Shown here: piece by piece, positions 34,935 to 47,839 of the stretch
Layout of the letters: each line of letters starts with the position of its first letter
Position numbering within the stretch: the stretch's first letter is position 1
Assembly (NCBI RefSeq): GCF_011386835.1
Contig: NC_088803.1
Coordinates: 12,834,001 to 12,898,000, forward strand
Reading direction: 5' to 3'
Length of the DNA stretch: 64,000 nucleotides
Source: Chrysemys picta bellii
Lineage: Eukaryota
The notes under the pieces: model-generated
The model's database searches: none
What the model saw: the letters and a program-made list of their open reading frames with translations, nothing else
What the model was told of the DNA's origin: nothing
Program-made: the position numbers and the translations under genes

Positions 34935-37183
34935 GCTGCTTACGTTGACCTAGCTGTCAAAGTCTCTTCATTTCAATTTGGCTCCCACCGACGTAAGTGC
35001 CCTGCCACACTGATTTAATAACACCACCTCCCTGAGTGGTATAGAGTCATGGTCGATGTAATTGATGCATTGTAGATACTGTTATTGGCCTCCAGGAGCT
35101 GTCCCACAATGCCCCACACTGACCATTCTGGTCACCATTGTGAATTCAGCTGCCCAGGGTTCAGGTGGACAGGAAGCCCCTCTTCCCATTTAAAGCCCTG
35201 CAATTTTTTGAAATTATTTTTCTTGGTTGCCTGACATGGCGAGCCCACCCAGCAGCTCTCCTTTGTTGTGTATAACTGCCCTGTTGATCATACTGGCTTC
35301 ATGTTCCAGACACGTTCCTGCCTGTAGTATGCAGGAGATATTGGATTTCTTGGGCCAATGGGGAGAAGAGGCTGTGCAAGCACACCTCGGGTCCAGCCAT
35401 AGAAATGTGAACATCTACAAAGCCTCCCTCAGTCATCTAACTCTGGGTTGAGCTCTTTTATAGCCCTTTTATCTGGCTGTTCAAATTCAGCAGACAGCCA
35501 CTCCATCTCCACCCCGATGGTAACATCTCCCCCTTTGCTTCACAGATATTATGAAGGACACAGGAGGCAGCAATAACCAATGGGATATTTTTCTCACTGA
35601 GTTCCAATCTTGTAAAGTATCAGAGGGGTAACCGTATTAATCTGGATCTCTAAAAAGTGACAAAGAGTCCTGTGCCACCTTATAGACTAACAGATGTATT
35701 GGAGCATAAGCTTTCGTGGGTGACGAAGTGGGTATTCACCCACAAAAGCTTATGCTCCAATACATCTGCTATAAGGAGGCACAGGACTCTTTGTCACTTT
35801 TTACCAATCTTGTAAGTAAACAATATCAGTGTCCCTTCAGATGACCAAAGGCACATTCATCTGTCATTCTCTGCCTGTAGCTGAAGCAGTCCTTGGTGCT
35901 GTCAAGGTGGCCGGTGTATGGCTTCATGAGCCATGGAAGCAAGGGGTTGCCCAGAATCACTATTGGCATTTCAACATTCCCAATGGCAATCAGCTGCTCA
36001 GGTTAGAAAGTCCTTGCTTGCACCTTTTTGAACGGGCCTGTGTTCTTAAATATGTGAGCATCATGCACTTTCTCTGACTAGCCAACACTGAAGTTGGTGA
36101 AGCATCCCTGATGACCCACCAGCACTTGCATAGCCATAGAAAAGTAGCCCCTTCTATTGATGTACTCTGTGGCAGGGTGGTCTGATGCTAAAATAGAGAC
36201 ACATGTGCCATCTATGGACCCACAGCAGTTCGGGAATTGCTGCAAATCCATCCACTATGTCCTGCACATTGCCTAGAGTCACAGTCCTGCGTAGCAGGAG
36301 TCAATTAATGGCCCTGTACATTTGCATGACAGCGGCCCTTGAAATTGATTTCCTGACTCCAAAATGATTCCTGACTGACCTGTGTTGCATGTTTCCACAG
36401 TGCAATCACCATTCACTTCTTCTGTCAGCACGGCTATCATTTTGGTGTCCTTGTACTGAAGGGCTGAGGCAAGTTCAGCATGCAGATCCAGGAATGTGAC
36501 CTTGCACAGCCACTGCTCATCATCACAAACCTGCCTGACATCAATCCCACCAGTCAGTGCTTGTTTCTCAAGCCCAAATGCGCTGCTCCACAATCTCCAG
36601 CTACTCTGTGAACTCCAACAGCAACCTTGAATTATTTCTTTCTAAGTTCCACAGCAAGCTAGCTTCTAAGGAATCATCATGTTCTCCATGGCTCCTCTGG
36701 CAGCTCTGCAAATACTGAAGGATCAGGTGCCCCATACTCGCAATGCTCATAACAATAGTGCTGAACTGTGCAGTCTCCGTGCCTCTGTCAGAGATGGTGG
36801 ACAGCAAGGAGGGACATGCATATTTATGGGACTTTGAAAAGAAGGTGTAAAATATTATGGGCTGCAGATGAAATTATGGAATGGAGAACACTGCATTACG
36901 GGAAGTTGACACTATGCTCCCAGTCACCCTGCGAAACTTGTTTCAGCCCTACCAGGCACTACAAGAACTTCCCAAAAGACCCTGTGCTGGAAGGCAGTGA
37001 GTTGCATGCTGGGATACTTACCCACGGTGCACTGCTCTCTGAATTATTACAAGTGCTCCTGGTGGGGATGTGCACCACTGACACAAGGAGTGTAGTGTGC
37101 ACACGCACAAGCGATTTAATAGCTGTGGTGGCTGTGTGCCAATGTAACTTACATTGACATACATTTATAGTGTAGACATGGCC
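34935..37183. mobile_element. Decayed autonomous-type PIF/Harbinger transposon: DDE transposase (minus, ~35530-36600) plus Myb/SANT-like ORF remnant (plus, ~35290-35420)
   Basis: Manual translation gives QVCDDEQWL, FPNCCGSIDGT, EYINRRGYFS, G*SEKVHD, ILGNP, ECAFGHLKG and VLHNICE (HARBI1-type motifs, with stops and frameshifts). The plus strand gives RHVPACSMQEILDFLGQWGEEAVQAHLGSSHRN (trihelix/Myb-SANT-like). Right TIR is TAGTGTAGACATGGCC; the left end is truncated. Confidence 0.88.
35616..35803. mobile_element. Penelope-like palindromic insertion inside the Harbinger transposase
   Basis: 12-bp TSD CCAATCTTGTAA (35604-35615 / 35804-35815); inverted arms. Confidence 0.88.
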
Positions 37184-39035
37184 TTAGAAACATCATCCTT
37201 TAGACAGCAAGGCTAGAAGGAGGATGAAAGGAAAGGGCTCCTCTGCACACCCATCTGCAGCACTGGGGGCTCTGCGAGGTGTGACAGGGCAAGTCCATCT
37301 CAATGGAATGGTCTCTACTGAATGAGAACACCCCATGGAGATGATACAGCCCGGGACAATAGCTTTAAGATGTGGGAACTGCTCCATTGATCTCAGTGGC
37401 TGTTCTCAGCCCCCTCCTGAGTGTTTCAGACTCTCTGACAGGCAGGAAGTTTCCCTGTTCTCAACTCCCCAGATCCTGGCCACATGGGGAATAGGTAGAG
37501 GGCCTCAGCCCACCTCAGCAAGAACCCCGACTCCCAGATTTGGACACAGACCCAGGAAGGGAGAATGCTGGGCTGATGGTTGCCCCTGCTGCTATTCTCA
37601 CCCAGTCCTCCTGACACTCACCTCCACCTCCCCCTGCCCAATGTCCACCTCTCTATTCCCCAAATCCCCATGCCTCCCTCACCAGACCTCCCAACCTCTC
37701 TCCCATCTTCTATCTCCATTTGTCGGCTTCCCCATAAACCCCACCTCTCTCTGTAGTCCAAACCTCTTTCTGCCAGTTCCCCCACTCCTCTGCCCTCTAA
37801 TTACCTCTCCCCTTTCAGGAAAGAATCACATGTCTATTTTTTACACCCAAAGACTTTGATTACTTCCCCCAAAATGAAACGGCCACCCAGAACTCACAAA
37901 TTCACAGCCAGCAATCTCAGTGAGGTCCGTGATTCCTCCAGTCATTAGTAACTCTCAGTTTAAGAGTACGAGGCAGCAGAACAAAACCATTTTGGGTGGG
38001 GTGCAACTTGTCAACCCCATGGTCACATGACCCAAATCTGGAACATTAACAGTAACCATTTGAATGTTTAGAGCACTTAAAAGAGTTGAGCTTTAAAACA
38101 TATCAAATGGGGCTCATGGAAACCATCTATCTGTGTTTCTGTATCGGTGTGTGCACACTGTTAAAGTGAACAACTTCTTAAATACTATTCTAAGTTTGGG
38201 TTCCCCAGAGATTTAGTAGGTGCCATGCACTATCCAGGATTAAAAGTTGGCAGACAGAGACCATTTTGACCTTCATCACATCAACAGTTTGATCTCCAGG
38301 TCTGTGAAAAAATAAATAAATAAAATAAAATAACAAGGCCATTTTCTTAGGACTTATATATCCGGAACCTCTGGCTCAATTGACCCCAAATTTGGGTTGC
38401 TAACTTACCACTGTCCAGAGCAACATCCTATTTCAAAAGAATGTAACTAAACTGATGCCCCACTACAGCTTTTTGTTAATGGCTGGGTACACATCTCTCA
38501 GATTTCTGTCTATTAACCATGATCTTGGAATCTTCCATGAGGTTTAATATGGGCTAGTGGTGTTAAGAAATAAGAATCTCAGATACAAAGATAGAAAAAA
38601 TTAGGCATTGCAGGAAGGATATTTAGCTTATGTAAATTACCATAACTCCATAGCACTAAACTAATTCATCCCATCTTTGGAAATGGCATAATTGACTATA
38701 TGGGGTCATGTCTGGTTTACAGCAGCTGGGAATCTGGCCCCATTTATTTCAGTGGAACTGCATCAATTTACATAAGGGGGAAAACTGACCCATTTAATCC
38801 AGTGGAGCTATGGGTGATTTATACTAGCTGGGGGTATGGACCCATTGACTCAAATGGAGCTACACTGGTTAACACCAGCTGGACTTCTGGTCCTTTATAA
38901 CTTTTCAATCCCTCTGAGATAACTACAACCCATATGAATTAAATGTTTTTAAAATGTCATGAACCATTGCACCTGCAGCCTAATGAGTGTTTTGTTTTAG
39001 TGTCGTCTGAGTAAAGGGAAAAATAGTAATTGCTG

Positions 39036-39036
<1 letters not shown>

Positions 39037-39104
<68 letters not shown>
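39037..39104. repeat. (GAAA)17 microsatellite
   Basis: Direct reading. Confidence 0.97.
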
Positions 39105-39105
<1 letters not shown>

Positions 39106-39475
39106 GTTGGGCCATTCATCCCAGTAGAAGTTGAAAATCAGATACAAAAAATGTCTACAACACTGAATTCCTCCAACGTTCTGACCCAGTGGGACTGAAT
39201 CACTGTGTAGCCATTAAAAGTTCCATTCTTGTAATTAATCCCATGGGACAAAGAGCCATGGAAGGGCAGATGGGTTAAGAACTTTGTACTCATCTTTGGT
39301 TCAGAATGACAGGCAAAGTTTATGGATCTGAAACTGTGTAATGGACTGGATCTCAAGCAGGTGTAAATCAGCCACAGCTCCATGGAAGTCAATGGAACAG
39401 ATCCATTGACTCCAAAGGAGCTGTGCTAATTAACACTAATTTTCCTATGAGTTTCAAGGAAGCTACACTGATTTA

Positions 39476-41014
39476 TGTTGTCAAGCGTCACCAGTGTGGT
39501 GCTCTGCTCCATCCAATGTTGATAACAGTTGACTGCGTGCATGTGTTCCCCCTGCGTGCATCCCCGCCTCTGCAGATAACTGGCACACCAGACCCTGAGA
39601 GAAACCCCAAGGACCACAGACTCTGATAAGGTACGAAGGCACCCGGCCAGGTTTATTGCCAAACGAAACACAGTCTCTGGCTCCCCGGATCAGATGTCTA
39701 CAGTTCTGCTAGTACATGTGTGATCCCTGACAATGGACTGACTCAGTCAGTGGTGGGATTTACCAGTGCCCCCCAGGCCAGACAAAGACAACCCCTCAGG
39801 GGTGCATTCTTTTACACAGGTACAAACAAGTTACACCTCACTCCTGACGTATTGAGGTACAACCCCTCTATGTAGGAAGGTGCCGCCTATCACATGTTGA
39901 TTCGATTAAAACAACCCCATCCATCAACAAAAAGAAGGAGGAGTACTTGTGGCTCTTTAGAGACTTGCAAATGTATTTGAGCATAAGCTTTCTTGGGCTA
40001 AAACCCACTTCAATGGATGCATGCAGTGGAAAATACAGTAGGAAGATATATATATATATACACACAGAGAGAACATGAAAAAAAGGGGCATTGCTGGCAC
40101 ATTGCTCTGCCATGTACATTGGCCAAACCTGACAGTCTCTACGTAAAAGAATAAATGGACACAAATCAGACGTCAAGAATTATAACATTCAAAAACCAGT
40201 TGGAGAACACTTCAATCTCCCTGGTCACTCTATTACAGACCTAAAAGTCACAATATTACAACAACAAAAACTTCAGTGAGAAACTGCTGAATTGGAATTA
40301 ATTTGCAAACTTGACACCATTAAATTAGGCTTGAATAAAGACTGGGAGTGAATGGGTCATTACACAAAGTAAAACTATTTTCCCATGTTTATTTTTACTC
40401 TGACTTTCTTGTCAACTGTTGGAAATGGGCCATCTTGCTTATCACTACAAAAGTTTTTTTTTTCTCCTGCTGATAATAGCTCACCTTAACTGATCACTCT
40501 TGTTATAGTGAGTATGGCAACACATATTTTTTCATGTTCTCTGTGTATATATATCTCTTCCTACTGTATTTTCCACTGCATGCATCCAATGAAGTGGGTT
40601 TTCGCTCACAAAAGCTTATGCTCAAATAAATTTGTTAGTCATTCTTTTTGTTGATACAGACTAACATGGCTACCCCTCTGAAACCTGTTCCAATCCATCA
40701 TATTACCCTTTTGCCCCTGTCTTTAGGATGGGTCAGCATGTTCCTTGTTATCTGTGTGGAATGTGCTAGTATCAGAGTGTTCTGGTACCATCCTGACACA
40801 TGTTATATCTCTAGTGTTCAGTATCTTTTAGATATGTGTGTTTTTGCAACATCAGCCCTCTCCTTGTCAGACTCTGAGCAGGGCCTGCCTCTTGCTCACA
40901 GCTTAACTTTGCTTTATGTTAACAAAGTCTTGACCATTACTTTAGTTCAGGCCTTAGGCCTCATACTGGGTTTCTGATACAAGGGTTTATGTTTCAGGGC
41001 CTCATCTAACTACG
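39476..41014 (-). mobile_element. Solo LTR (~765 bp net) split by a Penelope insertion
   Basis: Starts TGTTG and ends AACTAC(G); flanking ATTTA repeat (39471-39475 / 41015-41019); minus-strand AATAAA near 39652. It interrupts a short palindromic repeat (gctacactgattta|caccagct-type). Confidence 0.65.
39927..40692 (+). mobile_element. 5'-truncated Penelope-like element with a GIY-YIG endonuclease remnant and an upstream inverted pseudo-LTR
   Basis: ~40103-40372 translates as SAMYIGQT*QSLRKRINGHKSDVKNYNIQKPVGEHFNLPGHS...ETAELELICKLDTIKLGLNKDW. ~39935-40082 is an inverted copy of ~40510-40640. TSD ATCCATCA (39919-39926 / 40693-40700). Confidence 0.9.
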
Positions 41015-42039
41015 ATTTACACTAGCTTGTCCCATTGACTCAAAGAAGATTGGTGCCCTGAGTCTATAATTCATTTGTGAGCACGTTTTTTTCATGAGCA
41101 TTCAGTATTTGATCTTTTTTGGTCACACACATATTTCACACAGTACATATATCTGATCTCTGATATCTTGAGATCTGATTTCTAATACAATTTATTTTAT
41201 TCCTAAAATATTGAGACAAGCACAAAAGAAGAATAAGCCATATGTCATAACAATACTTTAGAGATACAGTTTGATAAAGGTGCAGCATAGTCACTTCTCC
41301 TTCCTTTTACATCTGCATAAAACATCCCAGAATTTCAACCAGCATTATCTAACCCCATAGATGAAGTATGGGAGGGAAAGAGTATACCACCATTGACCAG
41401 TTTTTCAGTCATGCTACAATTATAAACACTGATGCCATAAAAGAACTCTTGTGGATATGAATACACCAGTTCTGGTGTATTTTCAACTGAAACATTATAT
41501 CAAATCCCATGTGCAAAGCCCAAATTTCTGGAGGCCATCAACCGGGATAGAAAGATTATTCACAGGTGAGGTCTATTCCAGGGCCTCTTTGCATAAATAG
41601 GGTGGAAATATCATAAGGAATTAATATTTTGGTAGAAAAGAATAATAGAATTTTCAAAGTAATTAAAGGAAGGCTAACCACAAAGCCCATAATTACACTC
41701 CACTGTTGGTTATTAATAACATAAATAAGACTAGAAGCTGAATGTATAGTAACAAATTTTTGGAAACAAACACATCCTCCAACATTAGTGGCTTGAAGAC
41801 ATAAACTATGTGGAATCCTCCAATAGAAAAAAAAAGGAAAACACCCCTTGATGGGTTAAAATCATGTGCATTGTATATAACAACCTGGTATATGGATTGG
41901 GCCAGCTCTTTTTCAGACCCAAAGTCCAGAGTTTGGTTAAGAGACCAAAGGCCTAGCTAATAGTGATCAGCTAAAAGAAAAGCAGAATAAACAAGATAAC
42001 ATTGCCTTTGCTAAGGTATGCTTGGTCAGTAGAAATGCC

Positions 42040-42688
42040 AGATGTTGAAGCAATAACTGAATAATTAAATTTCATCTAATGTTTCAAATTGAACAAAGGA
42101 TCCCTGTTCCTATTGTGTTTCTCCTGTAGGGAACGTTCTTCCCACAGATCCAACCTTGAGTTTATGAAAATTGGCACATGTCAGTATAATGATATGGCAT
42201 CCTTCCACCTCTTTTCCAAGGGACCAATGCCCTGCCTTAAGACATAAAGGAGACAATCTGTATTACCATATCATTTCACTGTTTCTTTGCTTTAACCCCT
42301 AGGAATGTACCTGTTGGACAATCAAAGGAGTTGCTCCATTCCTATGGACCCCAAATCAGAATTCAACATATATTTTTTTTATACTAATAACATTTTATCA
42401 CAGTATTAAGTAAATGTTAACTTGCTAACTTGAGACCATGGGCGGAGACATTATGTAACCTTTTAACCATTGGCTAATGTGCTATCTTATCTTGCTGCAA
42501 AACCTACCCCGGGGTGTGCAACTGCCTACCCCGTCACTTTCCCCCGCCCATGGAAAATCTATATATTCCATTGTAATCAATTGATTGACAGTGTCTCTGA
42601 GCCTAATAAGCCAGGTGACACTCCGCCAGCGCTGTGTGTAATAAACTCCTATGCTTGACCTCTACTTGGTGTAGATTTATGTCCTTCA
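42040..42688 (+). mobile_element. Probable ERV-like LTR (5' boundary uncertain)
   Basis: GC box GGGCGGAG, ATTGG (CCAAT) box, TATA-like TCTATATA and AATAAA near 42640, ending ...CCTTCA. No TSD found. Confidence 0.35.
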
Positions 42689-42914
42689 CCCCATATCAAG
42701 ATTGTAGAGATATTATAATGTATACTTACCATTATTGGAATGTGAACAAAATAAATCCACAGATAATTATAAGAGTTTGACCAAACATAAATTGGTATTT
42801 TAAAGGTAAAAGATACAGGTTATGAATGAGATTGGTTAACTTTTTATAGGAAGTTCATGTATGAGAATAATTATAACATAAACATAATTTAAATAAAGTG
42901 ATAATTAAGAAATA

Positions 42915-43853
42915 TTATGTTTTTATTTTACTCCCTGAAAAAAGCATTCGGCTTATCAGTGTTCTGATGGCCTTTTTCATCTCGGCGTTTCTCAGCGTGT
43001 AGATAATCGGGTTCAACATTGGTGTGATTACAGTGTAAATGACTGAGGCCAGCTTGTCCATGGGGAATTTATGGAAGGGCCGAGCATAGATGAAGATTCA
43101 AGGTATGAATATTAAGCTCGCCTGGGCTCCGCAGGTGGACAGAGCCTTGCGCTTCCCTTCAGTGATGTCTGTTATGAACTTTACTACGATGACAGTGTAG
43201 GGAATGAGCAGGAGGATAAATATTATTATGACAAGCACCCCACCATTAGAGACCATCAGCAACTCAACCAAGTATATATCCATGCAGGCCAGTTTGATGA
43301 CTTGAGGGACATCACAGTAGAAATTGTCCAGGATGTTTGGACCACAGAATGGCAACTAGAGGATCAATCCAATCTGAACAGCAGAGTGAGCCAATCCATC
43401 CAGCCGTGCCCCTGCCACCAGCCCCACGCAGACACCATGGTTCATGATAATCAAGTAACGCAGTGGTTTATAGATGGCCACATATCGATCAGCAGCTGTC
43501 ATCATGAGGACACCAAACATTGCACCAGCGATGAAGTGGAAGAAGAACAACTGGAGGATGCACTCGTTGAATGAGATGGTTCTGCTCTGGGAGAGGAGAC
43601 CCAACAGCAATTTGGGAGCACTGACTGATAAGTTTCTGACATCTAGGAAAAGTAAGTTGGCCAGCAGGAAGTACATAGGGGTGTGGAGTCGTTGGCTGGT
43701 GATCACAGTGGTGATGATGGTGAAGTTTCCCAGCCAGGTTGTCAGATAAACTATGAAGAAACTGATGAAGAGGAATCACTGCACCTTGGGAATTTCGGTG
43801 AGGCCCAAGAGGACAAATTCCGTCACTGTGGTGGTGAGGTTCTCTTGCTCCAT
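42915..43853 (-). pseudogene. Family-4-like olfactory receptor pseudogene
   Basis: Full-length alignment to 31454-32395 with three in-frame stops (TGA 43778-43776, TAG 43358-43356, TGA 43100-43098) and a 9-nt in-frame deletion after STCGAQ. No frameshift. Confidence 0.93.
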
Positions 43854-45289
43854 TTTGTGTCCTTACATTATACCTGCAACATGAATAAATAATAAATAAT
43901 AGTTATAATAATGATAAAAAAGTTCTTGATTTTTTCATCCCTTTATATTAGGATATTGTCAATACTAACCTCACCTTAAGACCAATGTTGTGTTTGTGAG
44001 TTTCCTAATTTTCCTAAATTTATCACTTTGTCCTCAGTCCCACTGTAGGGGAACCCTGCTTTAGCAGACTTTAGGAGGGATTTGCAATCATGGGATACTT
44101 GGGGGTGAGGAGGAGTGGTCTGCTCACCAAACAGGCCCTAGAAAACCACAGACTTCAGTTATGACCTTGCACCCTTCCATGTTCTACAGAGTCTTCTTGG
44201 TGTTGAGAGGCCCTGTCCTGGGAAGGAGTGGGTTGCACTTATTCAGAGGTTCTCAGAGTCCATGGAGTCTGAACATGAGGGTCACAAACACGTTTCCGGT
44301 GGTCACAATACTACACATATTGCTCAATGGCAGGGAGATCCCTGCTAGATGAGAAGGGATCTGGATTGGAAAAGCTTGAGAACCACTGATTTAGGAGATT
44401 CATATTCTGAATTTATGGACTCACTATCAGAGCTACTGAGCACCTGCAATCCACATTAACACAGCAAGCAACTTTGTCCCTTTCTAGTGGCTCCTCCACA
44501 GAAGAGGTTTGAACCTCATTGAGTGAAGTGCGAAGAGCAGGTGCACCTCTGGGCACTGTCTTTTTTATCATGGTGCCTATGGCTTGTGGTGCTTGCCTTT
44601 AAATCCCAGCATTTGAAATTGTGAACACAAAGATTTCCATGTATGCACTTAGACTGAGATGTTCAAAGGAATCACACGATGAGGACATCTGATTGCCATT
44701 AAAACTTTGGAAATTTTCTAGGAGCTGATTGAGAAATCTATCATTTCCTGTGAAATATTTTTATGGAAAAATGCTATTTTTTGTATAAACTTTTTAATGG
44801 GGAAATTTTAAAATGAAACAAAATAACCATATTAACTTCATTCCTATTTAAGCCCTAATTTTTACTTTGATCTCATTCATACTGAAATTTTAATTCAATT
44901 CATCTTTCAAAAGCACAAAACATTTGGGTTTAAATTAGTGATTTTTTCAATTTTCCATTTCCCCTGTCCCTTTTTCTTACCCATCTTTAGTTTGCCATTT
45001 GGAAAAATGGGGGCAGGAGAAAAGTCAAGAAGTGGGAGAAAGTGACAAAAATGACCTTATCTCGCTTTTTGCCAGTTTGAAAATTTAAGTATTGAAATGA
45101 TAGATTGAAAATTTAATGAAAAAAATAATTTTCTTTGTAATTTTCTGTTTGTTTGGTATTTTTAAAATATTTAAAACAGATTTTCCCATCCACAATTTGT
45201 TGGCAAAATTATTTATGTATTCATTTATTTTTGCCAAAGAATGTCAAGCAACTGTAAAAATCACACTGTAAAGGATAGCAGCATATTGT

Positions 45290-45545
45290 ACGGTGGGAGG
45301 GTGGCTTTGTGGGTAAGCCTTGGTTTTGGACTTTGGGGAGCTGGGTTCTATATCCACCCTCCCATAGACAATCTCTCTGACCACGGTTAACTCATATCCT
45401 CTCCCCTCTGGGATTTTCCAAGAGAATTAGGAACTTAAGTGCCCATTGTTCTTCACTGAGAGTTTTTTGCCTGATCCTCCAAACATTCTTTGACATTCAC
45501 AGTCTCTGTGCCTCAGTTTCCCTTACAGACATGGGGATAATATTA
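45290..45545 (+). mobile_element. MIR-like ancient SINE (interrupted)
   Basis: tRNA-like head plus CORE tctctgtgcctcagtttccc...atggggataat. Confidence 0.65.
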
Positions 45546-45738
45546 CAGTCCCCCTCTTTTGCTGTGAGGTGGTACAATGGTGATTAGGTGGACAGCCTGG
45601 GGGGAAACCAACACAGATGGGATCCATTGCCTGGGAACTCAGAGACTGCCTTGTCTGGTCCAGTTCTTATGACATGGATGTTTGAGTGGCATATCCATGA
45701 GAACTGAACTCATGGCTGGAAAACCTGAGCTTTTATTG

Positions 45739-45740
<2 letters not shown>

Positions 45741-45802
<62 letters not shown>
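45741..45802. repeat. (AAT)n microsatellite inside the candidate Gypsy LTR
   Basis: Direct reading; ends in AATAAA. Confidence 0.95.
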
Positions 45803-45805
<3 letters not shown>

Positions 45806-46157
45806 GGAGTTATCCCTGGTGTGAAGGGCTAACTGTACATGGTGAAACGGTGGTAGGAACAAGCCTATGAATCAACTGCACCAGTGGTTACTAACCCGAG
45901 GATCTCAGAATGACCAAAGGGGCCCCACTGCACTCTGCTACACGTGGAGGATTGTCCGGGATCCCATGCCACAGAAGTGTTTGGCAGCCTGGAGATGGAG
46001 GAGACCCTGCAATGGCTGGCCAAGCAGCGGGAGGAGGTTCAGAAGGCAATGCACAGTTTTCAGCAAGCCCACCAGCTGGAGAGACAGGTCTTGCTCACCT
46101 GGGAGTCAGAACAGCAGAAGAGCCTGCAGGACTTCATTCGGGAGCAGGCCAGCATAC

Positions 46158-47839
46158 AATCATAGAAGATTAGAGTTGGAAGAGATTTCAGGAGGTCATC
46201 TAGTCCAAGCCCCTGCTCAAAGCAAGACCAACCCCAACTAAATCATCAGGGCTTTGTCAAGCTGGGCCTTAAAAATCTCTAAGGAAGGAGATTCCACCAC
46301 CTCCCTAGGTAACCCATTCCAGTGCTTCACCACCCTCCTAGTGAAATAGTGTTTCCTAATATCCAACCTAGACCTCCTCCACTGCAATTTGAGACCATTG
46401 CTCCTTGTTCTGTCATCTGCCACCACCGAGAACAGCTGAGCTCCATTCTCCTTGGAACCCCCCTTCAGGTAGTTGAAGTCTGCTGTCAAATCCCCCTCAC
46501 TCTTCTCTTCTGCACACTAAATAAGCCCAATTCCCTCAGCCTCTCCTCGTAAATCATGTGCCTCAGCCTCCTAATCATTTCCTTTGCCCTCCACTGGATT
46601 CTCTCCAATTTTTCCACATCCTTTCTGTAATTGGGGGGCCCGAAGCTGGATGCAATACTCCAAATGCAGCCTCACCAGTGCCAAATACAGGGAAATAATC
46701 ACTTCCCTCAATTTGCTGGCAATGCTCCTACTAATGCAGCCCAATATTCTGTTAGCTTTCTTGGCAAGAAGGGCACACTGCTGACTCATATCCAGCTTCT
46801 CGTCCACTGCAACCCCCAGGTCCTTTTCTGCAGAACTGCTTCTTAGCCAGTCGGTGCCCCCTTGTAACAGTGCATGGGATTCTTCTGTCCTAAGTGCAGG
46901 ACTCCCCACTTGTCGTTGTTGAGCCTCATCAGATTTCTTTCTCATCCAATTTGTCTAGGTCATTCTGGACCCTATCCCTACCCTCCAGCGTATCTACATT
47001 CCCCCGCAGCTTAGTGACATCCGTGAACTTGCTGAGGGTACAATCCATCCCATCATCCAGATCATTAATGAAGATGTTGAACAAAACCGGCCCCAGGACC
47101 GACTTCCGGGGCACTACACTTGATACCGGCTGCCAACTAGACATTGAGCCGTTGATCATTCCTGTTGAACCCAACAATCTAGTCAGCTTTCTCTCCACCT
47201 TAGAGTCCATTCATTCAATCCATATTTTTTTTAACTTGCTGGCAAGAATACTGTGGGAGACCAGATCAAAAGCTTTGCTAAAGTCAAGGTATATCATGTC
47301 CACCACTTTCCCCATATCCACAGAGCCAGTTATCTCATCATAGAGGGCAATCAGGTTGGATAGGCATGACTTGCTCTTGGTGAATCCATATTGACTGTTC
47401 CTGATCACCTTCCTCTCCTCCAAGTGCTTAAAAAGGGATTCCTTGAGGACCTGCTCCATGATTTTTCCAGGGACTGAGGTCATAGAATACCACAGATGGA
47501 AGGGCCCTCAGAAGGTCATCTAGTCCAACCTGCTGCTTAAAGCAGGAGCAATCCCCAGATAGTTTTTCTGCCCCAGATCCCTAAATGGCCCCTTCAAGGA
47601 TTGAACTCACAACCCTGGGTTTAGCAGGTAAATGCTCAAACAACTGAGCTATCCCTCTGCCCCCAAGACAGAGGTGAGGCTGACTGGTCTGTAGTTCCCC
47701 AGATTCTCCTTTTCCCCCTTTTTAAAGATGGGCACTATATTTGCCTTTTTCCAATAGTCTGGGACCTCCCCCGATTGCCATGAGTTTTCAAAGATAATGG
47801 CCAATGGCTCTGCAATCACATCAGTCAATTCCCTCAGCA
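46158..47839 (-). mobile_element. Older 5'-truncated CR1 with frameshifts, inserted in the Gypsy gag
   Basis: 3' tail aatcatagaag at 46158; homology to 16922-18420; fragmented RT ORFs in the track. Confidence 0.95.
47481..47664 (-). mobile_element. Tortoise-type Pol III SINE (tRNA-derived head plus CR1 3' tail) nested in the CR1
   Basis: Minus strand reads ggggcagagggatagctcagttgtttgagcattt...tgtgagttcaatcc...ggactagatgacc...attctatg. Approximate TSD GAC(T/A)GAGGT. Confidence 0.9.
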
